Shown piece after piece: positions 34,287 to 47,494 of a DNA stretch of 64,000 nt. The DNA comes from Malacoraja senta (lineage: Eukaryota): assembly GCA_038087875.1 (NCBI GenBank), contig JAXLNO010002689.1, positions 1 to 64,000 on the forward strand, read 5' to 3'. A program made the translations under genes and the position numbers. Each line of letters starts with the position of its first letter. The first letter of the stretch is position 1. Below the pieces are notes generated by a model. That model was given only the letters and a program-made list of their open reading frames with translations, did no database searches and was not told the DNA's origin.

Positions 34287-36246
34287 GACAGCCATTAAAA
34301 GGTTAATGTACATTTAATACACAATTGCAGAAAATGTGCAAAATTGCTTTGTTCAGTGACTCAGCCGAGGTTGAGGCCAAGTATTGGTCAAAGAATCACA
34401 ATTCATGAGCTGTTGTCTGCGTGCTGGTAGCTTTACATATTAATAATGGCATGGGTCATTAACCCAGTGATATTTTTCAAGAAGATCCAACCCGTTCATT
34501 CCAGTTTTGTCTATCCTTTTCCCATAACCTGGAAACCTGCCCTTGACATGTGAAAAGATTGGTGGTGTTTCAATAAAACAAAACGTAAGCATTTTATTAT
34601 GAACAAGGTCTAAATTTATTATATTATAAACAAGGTCTAAATTTGGGTTGCTAAGGTAACAACTGAGTCCCACCTGGCCCAATGGTATAATGCTGGATTC
34701 GAACTGATGCAGGAAAACTGAAATTACCAAGTGAAATATTCTTGACAACCTGGTAGCAGACAGAAGTTCAATTTATCTCTGCGGGAGGTAATGTAATTAT
34801 TGATCAGTGGTGAGATGGGGAGAATAAAAACTCCACATGTTTAGTGTATATCATATTAATATTTATATCCACAAGTGAATGATACAGATGGGGTGGGGGA
34901 GTAGAAGCAGGAAAGCATACTGATAGATTATTTGAGTTTGAATGATCGCCCCCAAAAATAACCTGTTGATTGGCGACCTGTTCCGTGACCACGTGACGTG
35001 CTTTTAATGAATTTCTCTGGCAAACAACTTATTCTGGGATTTGCAGAAAGACAGGAGCAGCAGTTATGTCTGACCTTATCTGTCACAGTGGCAGTGCAGG
35101 CAAAATGCAGCAATGGATTCCAGTCGACACAAGGAATTGCAGAGACACAAAATGCTGGAGTAACTCAGTGGAACAGGCAACATCTCTGGAGAGAAGGAAT
35201 GGGTGACGTTTTGGGTCGAGATCCTTGTTCAGACTAGTCAGGGGTGGCTGGTTTACAAAAAAACCCCACAAATGCTAGGGTAACTAAGCGGGTAAGGCAA
35301 CATCTCTGGTGGACATGGATAGGTAATGCTTCAGGTTGGGACCCTTCTTCAGACTGGATTCCAGCCTCTAATAGCCCTCTTAGACGGTCCTGGAAACAGT
35401 CAGTAGGGCAGACAGCATTGCAGGTTAATGTTTTAGATCAAAGGTCCTTCATCAGTAATTAAACGTTAACCTCCTGGGCACCACTGCAAGCAACTGTGAA
35501 GAGAACTCAAAAATAAAATAAAATTAATCTCAAAGTTGATAATAAGATTCTGAGAGCACTTGAAAGGTTATGTTCTGCAAGTGTGTTTCTCCTGGGTCAG
35601 GAATTCAAGAACACAGTTAAAATATTATATATTTCATTCATATGATGCTTCATTCATTCATAAGATGCTTAATTAAAAACAAAGCATTTGGTGGACTAGC
35701 TGCAAATTGGGGGGAGATGTACGCCAATCATTAGGCTGATGCTCTCTCGGTAGAGGCTCACTGTTTAAAGCGTTTTTTTTTTCCATTAACTAGACTACGT
35801 AGAATTTACAGCACAGATACTGGACATTCAGTCCAAGCAGTCAAGGCAATAGGAAGTACGAGCAGAGTAGGCTGTGCACCCCTTCCGATTCAATCCAGTT
35901 GGAGCAGCTGTTGGAAAACAGCAATAATAAAGTCAGTTTAAACCAGCTTCTGAAGTTCCTTTCTGCGCAGCAATTGAAAAAGCCAGTTCCAGGCTTGGTC
36001 TGGCTGGGAAATAAGGAAGGAAAATGCCAGTATTAACTGGTGGGAGAACAAGGAAGGATGCAACCTTTTCAAGGTTTCAAGGTCAAGGTTTCAAGGTCAG
36101 TTTATTGTCACATGTACCAATTAAGGTACAGTTAAATTCAAATTACCATACAGCCATACTGTGGTGGGGTGAGGATGAGGGATAGATTTCCTCCTCTTCT
36201 TATCTCTGAACCCCACCCAGGTACTTTAATGTCCAGGCCCTTCTCA

Positions 36247-37341
36247 TAGCAATGTTACAAAATTTTGAGATTTAAAAAATCAAGTCTGCAATTTATCCCA
36301 TCAGATAAAGCATAAAAAGAAGTTTAATTTGACACCTAATTCACTTTCATATCTTCAGTATTAAAAAAGTCTATCCCTCATCCTCACCCCACCACAGTAT
36401 GGCTGTATGGTAATTTGAATTTAACTGTACCTTTTCATACTCAGAAGTTAGCATCTTGTTCCCTATTGTTTTTCCATTGACTGAACACAAAAGCTGTGAT
36501 CAAGGACAGTCAAAAGCCCATAACTTTCTTAAAAATTAAGAGAACAATGGCATTTTCAGTTATTATAGATTGAAGCATTCTGAAACAAATATGAAACAAT
36601 CTTACTTGGATGACCTGAAATTAAAGCATATAATTAGTTAGTTACCCAATTGTAGCTAATTACAAAATTCAATTACTAGATCTAAACATCTATCCATTTC
36701 TTAAGAAAATGTTAACATTTTTAAAAAGCCTAAGTGTCCAAATAACATTCACACAAGAATTCACAATATAACATGATTTTTAAATCTCACTGTCATGAAT
36801 TTATAGGCCAAATGGAAGGAATTTAGTGTTTAATTCCTGTAAATTAATGGCCATTTAAATCATCTTGCGAGTGAGATTTTGTGGAAAGCGATCGATTAGA
36901 ACGTTGCGGTTGCAGTGAATTTAAACCCCATATCGGCAGGAAAAATACTGCCGGTTCGTATGGGTCCTAAGTCACCTTTTCGCAACGTGAAATTTTGATT
37001 AAAGGCATCCTAAGAAGCAAGTTTATATGAAAAAATAAAGGGCGTACCTTGCCTTGTCCCGTACGGGAGATCCGTCCCGTTGTCGGCATTGACGGCTTTA
37101 GAAGATGATTTTAATTTTACTCCAGCAATTAAATTATCCAGCGCTATTTTTAATAAACTTAATAAAACGGCAGTCGAAGCGATTTTTCTTCAGCAACTAA
37201 ACAGCCTGACAAAACTCGATTTGAATAGGCTCGAGAAAAATCGCATTTTAAACCCGCCCCCCTCTCAAAGGCGCCGAAGTCGCGCACACGGCCAGTGACA
37301 GAACTGCAGCGCCGCTGAAGGTAAGTTTGGTAACATACCTA
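36247..37341. mobile_element. Non-autonomous TIR DNA transposon with 7-bp TSD, copy 2
   Basis: Same termini as 6189-7226; flanks CTTCTCA / CTTCACA (7 bp, 1 mismatch). Contains an extra 64-bp inverted copy of nearby flank. Confidence 0.85.
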
Positions 37342-38054
37342 CTTCACATGCCTGTGTACTTGGGATGCCATGTGTACATCTGCACCAACTCCCTGAGGCT
37401 TACTCTTTCAAAAATGCAACACGACCAGCCAGATGGACTAGATCAGCATCTGCATGGGAACGCCACCATCTCCAAGTTACATCCTGTCCAACCAGTATTT
37501 CTCACTGTTCCTTCCTGATTGCTCAGAATCTTGCAGTGCCCTAGGTAACACCATTATGGGAATGTCCACACTATCCAGGCTGATGACCACCCTGCCTCAA
37601 GGACGGTGATCTTAAAAACAAAGAGATGGGGCTTCTGGTAAAAACTATGCAGGTGAGGTTAGGGAGCCAACCCGCCTTTTTGGAATGCCGTGGGAGCAGT
37701 TGGAGACGGCCGAGGAACTGGGTTTCACATGAACAGGACAATTAATAGGTACAAAATGCTGGAGTAACTCAGCGGGACAGGCAGCATCTCTGGAGAGAAG
37801 GAATGGGCGACGTTTCGTGTCGAGAGCCTTCTTCAGACAACAAAGAGACAAAAGGGTGTCAGATATGGCATGGTTGTGGTTGTTGACAGTGGGGGCTGTG
37901 GGTCATTGAGGAAGAAGGGGTGGATCGTTGGTGGTTGGTAGTTTGGAGGCTCAATGGACTGCAGGGGCAGTCGGTTGTTGGCAAACAAAGCAACATTCCT
38001 GGGTCTCGTTAAACTGTCAGCCCATGCTGGTGGTGGAGAGAATGTAAATGCTCC

Positions 38055-38500
38055 CAGGAATGAGTGAGTTAACTTATGATGAGCATTTGATGACGCTGGG
38101 CCTCTACTCGCTGGAGTTTAGAAGCATGAGCGGGGACCTCAGTAGCGCAAGGCTTCGTGCAAGGCTTGGATATGGAGACGATATTTCCACGAGTGGGTGA
38201 GTCTAGGACCAGAGGTCTTAACCTCAGAATAAAAGGACGTTCCTTTAGGAAGGAGATGAGGAGGAATTTCTTTAGTCAGATGGTGGTGAAACTATGGAAT
38301 TCTTTGCCACAGAAGGATGTGGAGGCCAAGCCAATGGATATTTTTAAAGCATAGATGGATAGATTCTTGATTAATACGGGGGTCAGGGATTATGGGGAAT
38401 AGGCAGGAGAATGGGGTTGGGAGGGAGAGATAGATTGAATGGCGGAGTAGACTTGATTTGCCGAATTGGCTAATTCTGCTCTTATCACTTATGACCTTAT
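38055..38500 (+). mobile_element. CR1 LINE 3' end
   Basis: ORF 38157-38354 FPRVGESRTRGLNLRIKGRSFRKEMRRNFFSQ. Confidence 0.85.
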
Positions 38501-40095
38501 GGCCTTTTGTGTTTGTGGGTGGCAGAATGGAACGGAATCAAGTTAAGAGAAAATAAGTGAGGAATGGGATTGCTCTGAGCTTGCAAATGTCTGATGGACC
38601 ACTTGGCCCCTCCTTTGTCGTATGGATATCTGGGACTTCTGCTCTGTGGTCCAAGTGTTTAGCAGCAGCAACATCAGAACTAGGGTCACACTGGCAAAGT
38701 GGCTATGGGTAAAATGGAAGCATGGCACTGATGGTGGTGATAGATGGGAGGGAGGAAAGGGTGCCCCCCCCCAAGGTAGAGGAGCCCAGGGGAGGAGCCG
38801 ACTGGTATGAGAGTAAGGCAGTGGATGGAACTAGACGGGATGATGGTGAGTGCGAGCACAGAGACTCCAAGGGGCAAGGATAGGATTGCAAAGTCTGTCC
38901 CTAGAGGTAAATTGGAGGGCGGAGGATGTCAAAAAAACTGACGAGGTAAAGTGGGGGGGGGGGGGGGAGGCCACTACCAGGCATAAAAAGGAGGGGGGGG
39001 AGACCCTGTGGTGGTCTGGAGTAGGCTTTGGCTGGGTCTGCTCACAACAACAGGTTTGGAGGGCTAGGAGGATGGGGTTGATCAGTGAATGGAAGCAGTT
39101 GGAGAGAGCGAGCAACTGTGGTGAGTCGACATGCTGAAGGTTAAGTAGGAAGGAAGTAAGTAAAGATCAAGGCAGATGAGAGGAAGTTCAAAGGTGGGGT
39201 TTGAGGTCGGGAGGGTCTGAGCAATGTGTGTGAGCATGGGGGTTATGCAAGGGGGGAGGCCATGAAAAAGATCATATGTCCCTGTCTGTGGTCAGAGCGC
39301 GTGTGTGGAGACTTGATGTGTTTGTGAATGTGCATCAGAGCCTGTTGTGCAATTGTCTGGAGCCCCCTGCCGTTGGTTTGACACCTGGCTCTGTCAAAAC
39401 TGTGTGGTAGCTGGTGCACAAGAGCTGCCCCAGAGCAGGAGAATGTTTGCTCACCTTCCACTCATTATACCTCGAATGGGTCAAGTCATCCTCGATCCCG
39501 ACGGGTGGCCAAAGATGATGGGGGTGGGCGATTTGTTGGCAATCACGTAACTGTGCATCGTAATGCCATTGGATGTCTTTGTCTGAACTATGATGTCTAC
39601 AGGAAAACAGTCTTTGCAAAATCTAGCTCCACACAGTCAAATCCTATTAAACTGCCGTACAAAAGGCATAGTTGAACCCATAATCAATCACCCTCACTTT
39701 AGCCAACAGTGTTCTTTACATAGACGATGTTTACTGAAAAAAATTGCTTATAGTGCTTGTGCCTCAGAGTAAAATCTGGAGTAAATTAGCACCCGGACAG
39801 GAATTGGTCAGAATGAACTCAACGGTTTACAGATTTTGAGCAAATACTTACTGTACTTTTATTGTTACAATTTCCACAAAATTGTATGATTTAAGGGAAG
39901 AGGATTTGTAATTGTAATTGATTTATTAGCCAAGTATGTAAAAACATACAAGGAATTTGATTTGCCATGCAATCATACCAAAAAGCAGCAAGACACACAA
40001 CAGCGTAAAAGTGAACATAAACATCCACCACAGCGGCTGCCCCACATTCCTCACTGCGATGGAAGGCGATAAAGTCTTATCTTCTTTCCTCCTTA

Positions 40096-40803
40096 AGGGC
40101 CTGTCCCACTTAGAAGCGACTTTTTAGGTGAGTGCAGGAGACTCTGCGCTCGCCACATGGTCGCCACATGTTCGCTGGTGGTCTCTGGTGAGTCTCCTTC
40201 ATGGTCGCGAGGAGTTCCCGCATTCTGGGAACTAGTCACGGCCTCATTATGGTCGCCGCTAAATATTTTCAACAAATAATTGGTCGCCATGGAGAAAATC
40301 GATAATCCTGTAGTCGTAGGTGCAGTTGTAGTGGGGTCGCCATGTAGTTATGGGTAGTTGAGGTAGTTTTAGTTAATCGCCTTTGCTGACCGGTCATTTT
40401 CATTGGCTCATTGGGGGGAAAAAACGTAAGCACGTGATAACCGACCGGTAATGTTAAATGTCCGCCGAACTTCACAGCTGTGTATCTCTGGCTTGTCTGG
40501 CTTCTTAAAAGTGTCTCCACTCCTTCTCCCCCCTTCTCCCCCCCCCCATTCTCCCCCCTTCTACCCTCCGCCCCTCTTTTAAAGGACTTACCGTACACTG
40601 TGCTAGCCATCTTAACCTTCCTGTTCATCGCGGTGTGTGTCTGTATCACCTTGGCTTTGTACCATGTGAATTTCAGACAACGAGCTCCCCGTTTTCCTGG
40701 CCCCCGCCTTTGCGATGTGTTTGTGTGTGTGTGTGTGTGTGTTCCACTCTGACAGTCGCCGCTTCAGTTCCCGGTTTTTCAGGCGACTGCCGGGAACTTG
40801 ACA
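40096..40803. mobile_element. PIF/Harbinger-like MITE, right TIR missing
   Basis: TTA|AGGGCCTGTCCCACTT. Body collinear with 5953-7847 without the nested insert; includes (GT)n at ~40717-40742. Confidence 0.75.
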
Positions 40804-41749
40804 GGAACGCAGTCGAACCATCCGCAGTCGGGGCGATCGAAGCTCCCGCGATCGGGGCAGTCGAAGCTCCTGCGGTTGGAGCTCCTGAAGTCAATCTCTA
40901 ACCAAGGGACCTCCACTCCACAACGTTAAGTCCGCATGCTTCCGTGGTTGGAGTTCCCGAAGTAGATCACCAGCTCCTCAATGTTAGGCCGCAGCACAGA
41001 CGGAGATACGATACGGAAAAAGATGCATCCCCGTCGAGGAAAGAGATAAAAAAAGTTTCCCCACCCCCCACATAATACAAAACGAGAGATACACTAAAAC
41101 ATACATTTAAGAACAGACTAAAGGCAACAAAAGAAGAAAAGGACGAGACAGACTGTTGGCGAGGCTGATTTCGTACCGTGCTACCCGGTGGGAGGTGACA
41201 ATTGCTAATGTTAAGGCTGCATCCCCTCTTTCTCTGTCCTTCCCCCACCCAACGCATTACTAGTTTCAAAGTCATCTTGTTGAATCTCATTGTCTGTAAC
41301 TTGTTTTCACCTAGCCCACAGTTAACAATGTTTCCTTTATCATCGTAACTTTTTTGCATATCTTTCATTCATCTATATTACTAAAAGTAAGATCTTGACC
41401 ACTTCCTGTTTTTCTGTTTCATGATTCTTGAAAAGTCGCTGCCACTTACGGCTGTGATTTTTGGCCATCTTACTCAGAGTCCCCCTCCGCTACGCAGGAC
41501 AAGAGGATTTTTCCCATCTATGAAAAATAAAAGAGTTATTAATGTTTTAAAAATGTTGACATTCTCTCTGCTGCCCCTGCTGGTGGGAGGGGGGAGGGAC
41601 TATAAAACCCGGAAGTGTTGTGCTTCACTCAGTCTCTGCAAGATGGAGGAAGCGAGAGGGTCACGTCTCTCTGAGCCGTGAATAACATTTAACACATGTC
41701 TACTCAACTATGAGTGCCCTTAATGTGGTTTGAAAATGAAAATGTGGTT

Positions 41750-41925
41750 GCTTTGAAATGCTGCACTGCAAATGGTTGTTGGTGGTGGTAACTGCTTTGA
41801 AATGCTGCACAGCAAATGGTTGTTGGTGGTGGTAACTGCTTTGAAATGCTGCACTGCAAATGGTTGTTGGTGGTGGTAACTGCTTTGAAATGCTGCACTG
41901 CAAATGGTTGTTGGTGGTGGTAACT
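41750..41925. repeat. Minisatellite, 4 x 44 bp
   Basis: Unit gctttgaaatgctgcactgcaaatggttgttggtggtggtaact, almost perfect. Confidence 0.95.
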
Positions 41926-42320
41926 GCACAACTTCCTGTTTGTACTGTATATTTATTTTAGATAAAGCGCTACCACTTGCGGCTGTGATTTTTGGCCATC
42001 TTACTCAGTCCCCCTCCGCTCATCAGGTGCAGAGGATTCTTCCCATCAATGAAAAATAAAAATGTTATTAGTGTTTAAAACAATGTTGAGAATCTCTCTC
42101 CTGTCAATCACGCCATGAAGACCACGCCCCATCCGGCGGGAGGGGCGAGGGATTATAAAACCCAGATGTGTGGGTGTGGCTCAGTCTCTGCAAGATGTGG
42201 GAGGGAGAGATCACGACTGTCTGAGCTGTGAATCAACTGAACACACTGAATGTCTACTGAACTGTGAGTGTGGTGTTTATGTGGTGTTTTGTGTGGTTTT
42301 ATGGTGGTTTTATGGAGGTT

Positions 42321-42675
42321 TCACCCTGCTTGAAATGGTATGAAACTGCATTTGAATGTGGTGGCCTTGCACCCTGCATGAAATGGTATGAAACTGCACT
42401 TGAATTTGGTGGCCTTGCACCCTGCTTGAAATGGTATGAAACTGCACTTCAATTTGGTTGTCTTGCACCCTGCTTGAAGTGGTATGAAACAGCACTTGAA
42501 TTTGGTGGCCTTGCACCCTGCTTGAAGTGGTATGAAACTGCAATTGAATTTGGTGGCCTTGCACCCTGCTTGAAGTGGTAAGAAGCTGCACTCAAATTTG
42601 GTGGCCTTGCACCCTTCTTGAAATGGTAGGAAACTGCATTTGAATTTGGTGGCCTTGCACCCTGCTTGAAATGGA
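42321..42675. repeat. Minisatellite, ~7 x 48 bp
   Basis: Unit gcaccctgcttgaaatggtatgaaactgcacttgaatttggtggcctt; explains the 16-aa periodic ORFs in the track. Confidence 0.95.
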
Positions 42676-43715
42676 ATTTCAAGGAATAGCCATGAGTCAA
42701 CTGCTCGCCCACCAGCAGTGAGTGAGCTGCCAGCACATGAGGCTTGCGTGACTGAGCTGTCACCCCAAGAATCCATTTGGCCCACAATGTCCATACTAGC
42801 CCTCTGGAAACCAGTCCCTTCAGCCCACAATACCCATACTACTGCTCCAGAACGCCCCCCCCCCCCACTGGCCACCAATATTGGAATTGGTGGAGAGGTG
42901 GAATATTGCGTTGGGGGACCAGCCCTCCCGTGTGAACATGGGTCCCACTTAGTCTAGTTTATTCTATATCTCTCTATTTCACCGTCTATATCTCTTGTTT
43001 CCCTTTCCCCTGACTCTCAGTCTGAAGAAGGGTTTCGACCTGAAATGTCACTTATTCCTTTTCTCGAGAGATGCTGTCTGACCCGCTGAGTTACTCCAGC
43101 TTTTTTGTGTCTATCGTCTGCTAATATTGAGGGTATTGTATCACAAAAGTAAATGTGTTTCCAGATCTTGGTGAATGGCTTGTGCTGATGGGTGTTCTTG
43201 GTGAAAGTTAGGCAATGAATTGTCTCCTCAAACTGCGGGCATCATGGACAATACAGCTCACCCCCTCCCTGACACACTGGTCAACCTGAGGAGTACCTTC
43301 AGCAACAGACTGGTTCCACCAAGATGCAGTACAGAACGCCACAGGAGATCCCTTTTCTCTGTGGCTATCAAACTGTACAACTCCTCCCCCTTCTGTCATG
43401 TGGTAGACTGACTCCCCCTCCCCAATCTTTGCACATCCCTAATCCTTTCCACTCATCACTTTAATTTCATGCATCTTGTTGTGTGTTATGACTGTTGGCA
43501 GACCAAGTTCCCTCCTGGGATAAATAAAGTTCTATCATATTGTATCGTATGACTTTAATCAAGATGGAGTTTGATTCTTCTACTGAGCACTTGAACTAGG
43601 CTCTCTGTTGCAATAGAGAAAGACTTGGATTCATGGAGCATTCATTTCCTTGGGATATCCCAGAGCCTTTTCCACCCAAGCATAGTGGTCACTGATCAAG
43701 GAATAATGATCAGTA

Positions 43716-45540
43716 AAACAGACCCTTCAGCCCACCTTGCCCATGCTGACCATCGTGCCCCATCTGCACTCTGCCCACCTGCCGCGTTTGGCCCATTTCC
43801 CTTTAACCCTTTCCTGTTCATGTACCTGTCCAAATCTCTTTTAAATGTTGCTTGAGTTTCTGCCTCAACTAACTCCTCCAGCTTCTCATTCCATTTACCT
43901 TCCACCCTCTGTGTGAAAAAGTTGCCTCTCAGATTCTTACTAAATCTTTCCCCCTCTCACATGAAACCTCTGTCCTCTGGTTCTTGATTCCCCTACTCTG
44001 GGTAAAAGACTGTGTATCTACCCTGTCTATTCACCTCATGACCTTATTTACCTCTATAAGATCACCACTCATCCCCCTACACTCCAAGGAATACAGTCCT
44101 AGCCTGCTCAACTTCCCCCTATAGCTCTAAGTCCTGGCAACATCCTCATAAATCTTCTCTGCACCCTTTCCAGCTTAACAATATCTTTGGATTATGCTTG
44201 ATATTATCTGTGAGAACTATCTTCTGCCCCCTTTTTTACTCTCCTGGTTTCCTTTTTCATGCTCCTCAGTTCCCCATACTCTGCCAGGGATACACTTGAT
44301 CCCAGCTGCCTATACCTGCCCCATGCCTCCTTCTTATTCTTGACCAGAGCCTCAGTTTCTCTCGTCATCCAAGCTTCCTTATGCCCACCTGCCTTGCCCT
44401 TCACTCTAACAGGAACGTGCATGGCCTGAACTCTTGTCAGCACCTTTTTGAAAACTTCCCACTTTCCAGACATTCCTTTTCCTGCAAATAATCTACTCCA
44501 ATCAACTTGAGCGAGTTCTTGTCTAATACCATCAAAGTTGGCCTTGCCCCAATTTAGAATTTTAATTCATGGGCCCGCTCCGACTCCATAACTATCTTAA
44601 ACATAACAGAACAGTGGTCGCTGGTTCCAAAAGGCTCATCCACAAACACTTCATTCACTTGCCCCTCCCAATTCCTAAGACGAGATAAAGCGTTGCCCTC
44701 AACCATGTAGTGCCATCTACATATTGCCCGAGGAATCTTTCCTGAACACATTTAGACAAATTCTGCCCCGTCTAAACCTTTTTGAACTATGACATTACCA
44801 GTCAATATTGGGACGGTGTAGTGGGGACTCGCAGGAGCCCAGCCAAAAACTAACCGGACACGAGTTGTGTGCACTAGACGTGTTTATTCTCTCCAATACA
44901 GCTCCCTACTCCTCCAAGGTCACAGGTGTTGCCCGGCCTTAAATACCAACTCAGGTACCGACCCAGTGACTAGCGCCTCCCACACCAAGACGCCACCCTC
45001 CAGAGCCGAGGGTTCGTTGTGCCCTTGGGTTGCCACCAGGTGCCGCTACGACGGTTAAAATCCACTACTACAACAACCTTATTAGATCGGCAGCTGCCTG
45101 CAATTTCCTGCCATATTTGCTCTTCAAATTCCTGTTGATTAGTTGGGGGCATCCAGAACACTCCCAACAAGATAATCATCATTTTCCTATTTCTCAGCTC
45201 CACCATATCGCCCCTGGACGAACCATCAGTAATGTCATCTCGGACCACTGCTGTGACATTCTCCTTAATCAATAAAGTAACACTCCCTCCTCTATTACCT
45301 CCACCTCTATCTCTCCAGTAGCATCTATACCCTGAAACATTAGCTGCCAGTCCTGTCTCTCTCTCATTAAAAATGTGTAATTCAAACCACCCAGTCCTTC
45401 CTCACTCCCTGCCACTCTCCTGCCTATTCTGTCCACCAAACTTTCTTTCATCACCTTCCATACCGACTTCCAGCCTTTCACCTCCATCGGTCCTGCATAG
45501 GATCCATCCCCCCTCTTCCCCCCACCCCGCTCCAATCTAG
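43716..45540 (-). mobile_element. CR1 LINE, internally deleted (endonuclease region joined to 3' end)
   Basis: Minus-strand remnants VELRNRKMMIILLGVFWMPP...VVVVDFN, EPFGTSDHCSVMFKI and KWEVFKKVLTRVQ, then the CR1 3' end at 43716-44190. Confidence 0.82.
44817..45050 (-). mobile_element. Solo LTR (234 bp, Gypsy-like) inserted in the CR1
   Basis: Ends TGTAG...CTAC(G); TSD ACGG (44813-44816, 45051-45054). The minus strand has TATTTAA followed by AATAAA. Removal restores CR1 atattgggacggttaaaatcc. Confidence 0.7.
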
Positions 45541-46093
45541 TTTAAACCCAATGTGTCAGAAGGAATTGCAGGCGCTGGTTTACACTGAAGATAGACACAA
45601 AATGAAGTAGGGTCTCGACTCGAAACTTCACCAATTCCTTCTATCCAGAGATGCTGCCTGTTCTGCTGAGATACTCCAGCATTTTGTGTCTATCTAGTTT
45701 AAACCCATCCGTCTAAATGTTAGGTAGTCTAAATGTTAGGTAGTCTACATTTTATTTTGAGTTTGGGAATTGAACCAGCAACCGTGGAGAATCTAGGAAA
45801 AGGGAATAACATTGCAAAGGTGGGACATGGCATCTTGCATTTATCTAGCTGAGCAGTGTTAAATCCCTTGGCCTACCCCTTATTCTTAAACTTTGACCCC
45901 TGGTTCTGGACTCCCCGAACATCAGGAGCATTTTTCCTGCATCTTGCCTGTCCAATCCTTTAAGAATTTTATATGTTTCTATAAGATTTAAAGAATGTTA
46001 TATATTTCTAGAAGCTGTTCATGAAACACTAGCCATTGAAGAGACCCCTAACACTGGGTCCACAACTCAACCTTACTTTTAAGATTAGCGATA

Positions 46094-46306
46094 AGGGCCT
46101 GTCCCACTTGGACGTCATTTGCGGGTCATTTAGGCAACATCCTAAAAATTGGTTGGCGCGTGGTGATGTGCGCGTGACGCACATGGCTCGTGGTGGCGTA
46201 TGCAGTGACGTGCGGCAGCGAGCGGCACCCCAGGATTTTGGGATGCTCAAAATCCTCGCGCGCCACCTGCGTGACGTGCAAATGGCGCCCAAGTGGGACA
46301 GGCCCT
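46094..46306. mobile_element. PIF/Harbinger-like MITE (213 bp)
   Basis: TIRs AGGGCCTGTCCCACTTGG / CCAAGTGGGACAGGCCCT; ATA on both flanks; CpG-rich interior. Confidence 0.82.
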
Positions 46307-47239
46307 ATACTCTTCTTCGGTGTTTAAAAGAAAATATGTAGCAGAAAACTACTCTATTAAGTAGTTGAAAGACAATTATATATTTTAGATTGGAAACTTC
46401 CTTTTGTTGCAAATGTCACATTAAATTAAACAGTTTCAAAGTCATGGGATACATCTTGTTCGACACCACAGACAGTGAGAAAAATTGGGGTAAACAGGAA
46501 GCATTCTTGGAAACACTTTCACTTATTGCAAACAATTTTTTGCATTGCTAGCCTTTCTGACTAATGTGGCATTAAACATCTGTTGATATAAAATGACAAT
46601 GCTCACAACCAGGCACAATGCTTTTGTATAACATTTGATTTCTGATTTAACCTGCCATTTTAAATAGGTGAACCATTCTGGAGAAACAGATGGCTCATTA
46701 AGCAATTGGATGGTGATGTTATGCAGTGTAATTTTATCCCATTTATAATTCCAGCTCTCCTTAAATGGTACATCAAGAAATGACACACTGCCACGGTTGA
46801 TTTGGTAGCTGAGGCTCACTGCCCAGTCATCCATATGAAGAATGTCTCTACAGGTGACATCTAGCCATGCAGAACCATAAAGCAGAGCCTAAGCCTTCAG
46901 AGGAGGAGGGGGAAGAACAGGGAGAGAAAAATTAAACACTAAAAAACCTAAGGAGCGAGGGAAAAGCAGTTCAACCCCCAACCTTCCAAGGTCTCAATGC
47001 TTTGGCATCTCTGTCCACTTGAAAACTGAGGTTTCACTGCTTACCCATTGACAGTAGTGGTTTTGGCTGCCAAGATAATGAGTACTGAAACGCCCTCCCA
47101 AAATGTCCCTCTCTACTTCAACCAGCCTGAAGAAGGGCCCCGACCCAAAACGTCACCTGTGCAGGTTCTCCAGAGGTGCTACCTAACCCACTGAGTTACT
47201 CTAACACTGTTTTTTTATAAACCAGCATCCGGAGTTCCT

Positions 47240-47494
47240 TATCTCTTTCTCCCTCTCTCTCTCGCTTTCTATCTCTCTCTCGCTCAATCTCTCATTTTCT
47301 TTCTCTCTCATTTTCTATCTCTCTCTCTTGCTTTCTATCTCTCTCACATTATCTCTCTCTGTCTCACTCTCTCACATTTTTATCTCTCTCGCTTCCTATC
47401 TCTCGCTCTCTCTCTCACTTTTTATCTCTCTCTCACTCTCTCTCTCGCTTTCTATCTCTCCTTCTCACTCTCCCTCTCTCTCCCTCTCTCTCTA
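47240..47494. repeat. Degenerate (CT)n polypyrimidine microsatellite
   Basis: ~250 bp of interrupted ctctct. Confidence 0.95.

Larger units (their letters stand above)
41372..42957 (+). mobile_element. Non-autonomous Helitron
   Basis: 5' TC (A|TCTATATTACTAAAA), 3' CTAG|T, inserted between A and T with no TSD. Removal rejoins ctttcattca|tttattctatatctctc of a Penelope-type 3'UTR. GGGACC...GGTCCC inverted repeat before the 3' end; internal duplication and minisatellites. Confidence 0.82.

Noticed and set aside
41750-42675. Regular repeats resembling a CRISPR array or repeat protein
   Set aside because: Head-to-tail units without unique spacers, eukaryotic context, inside a Helitron; these are minisatellites.
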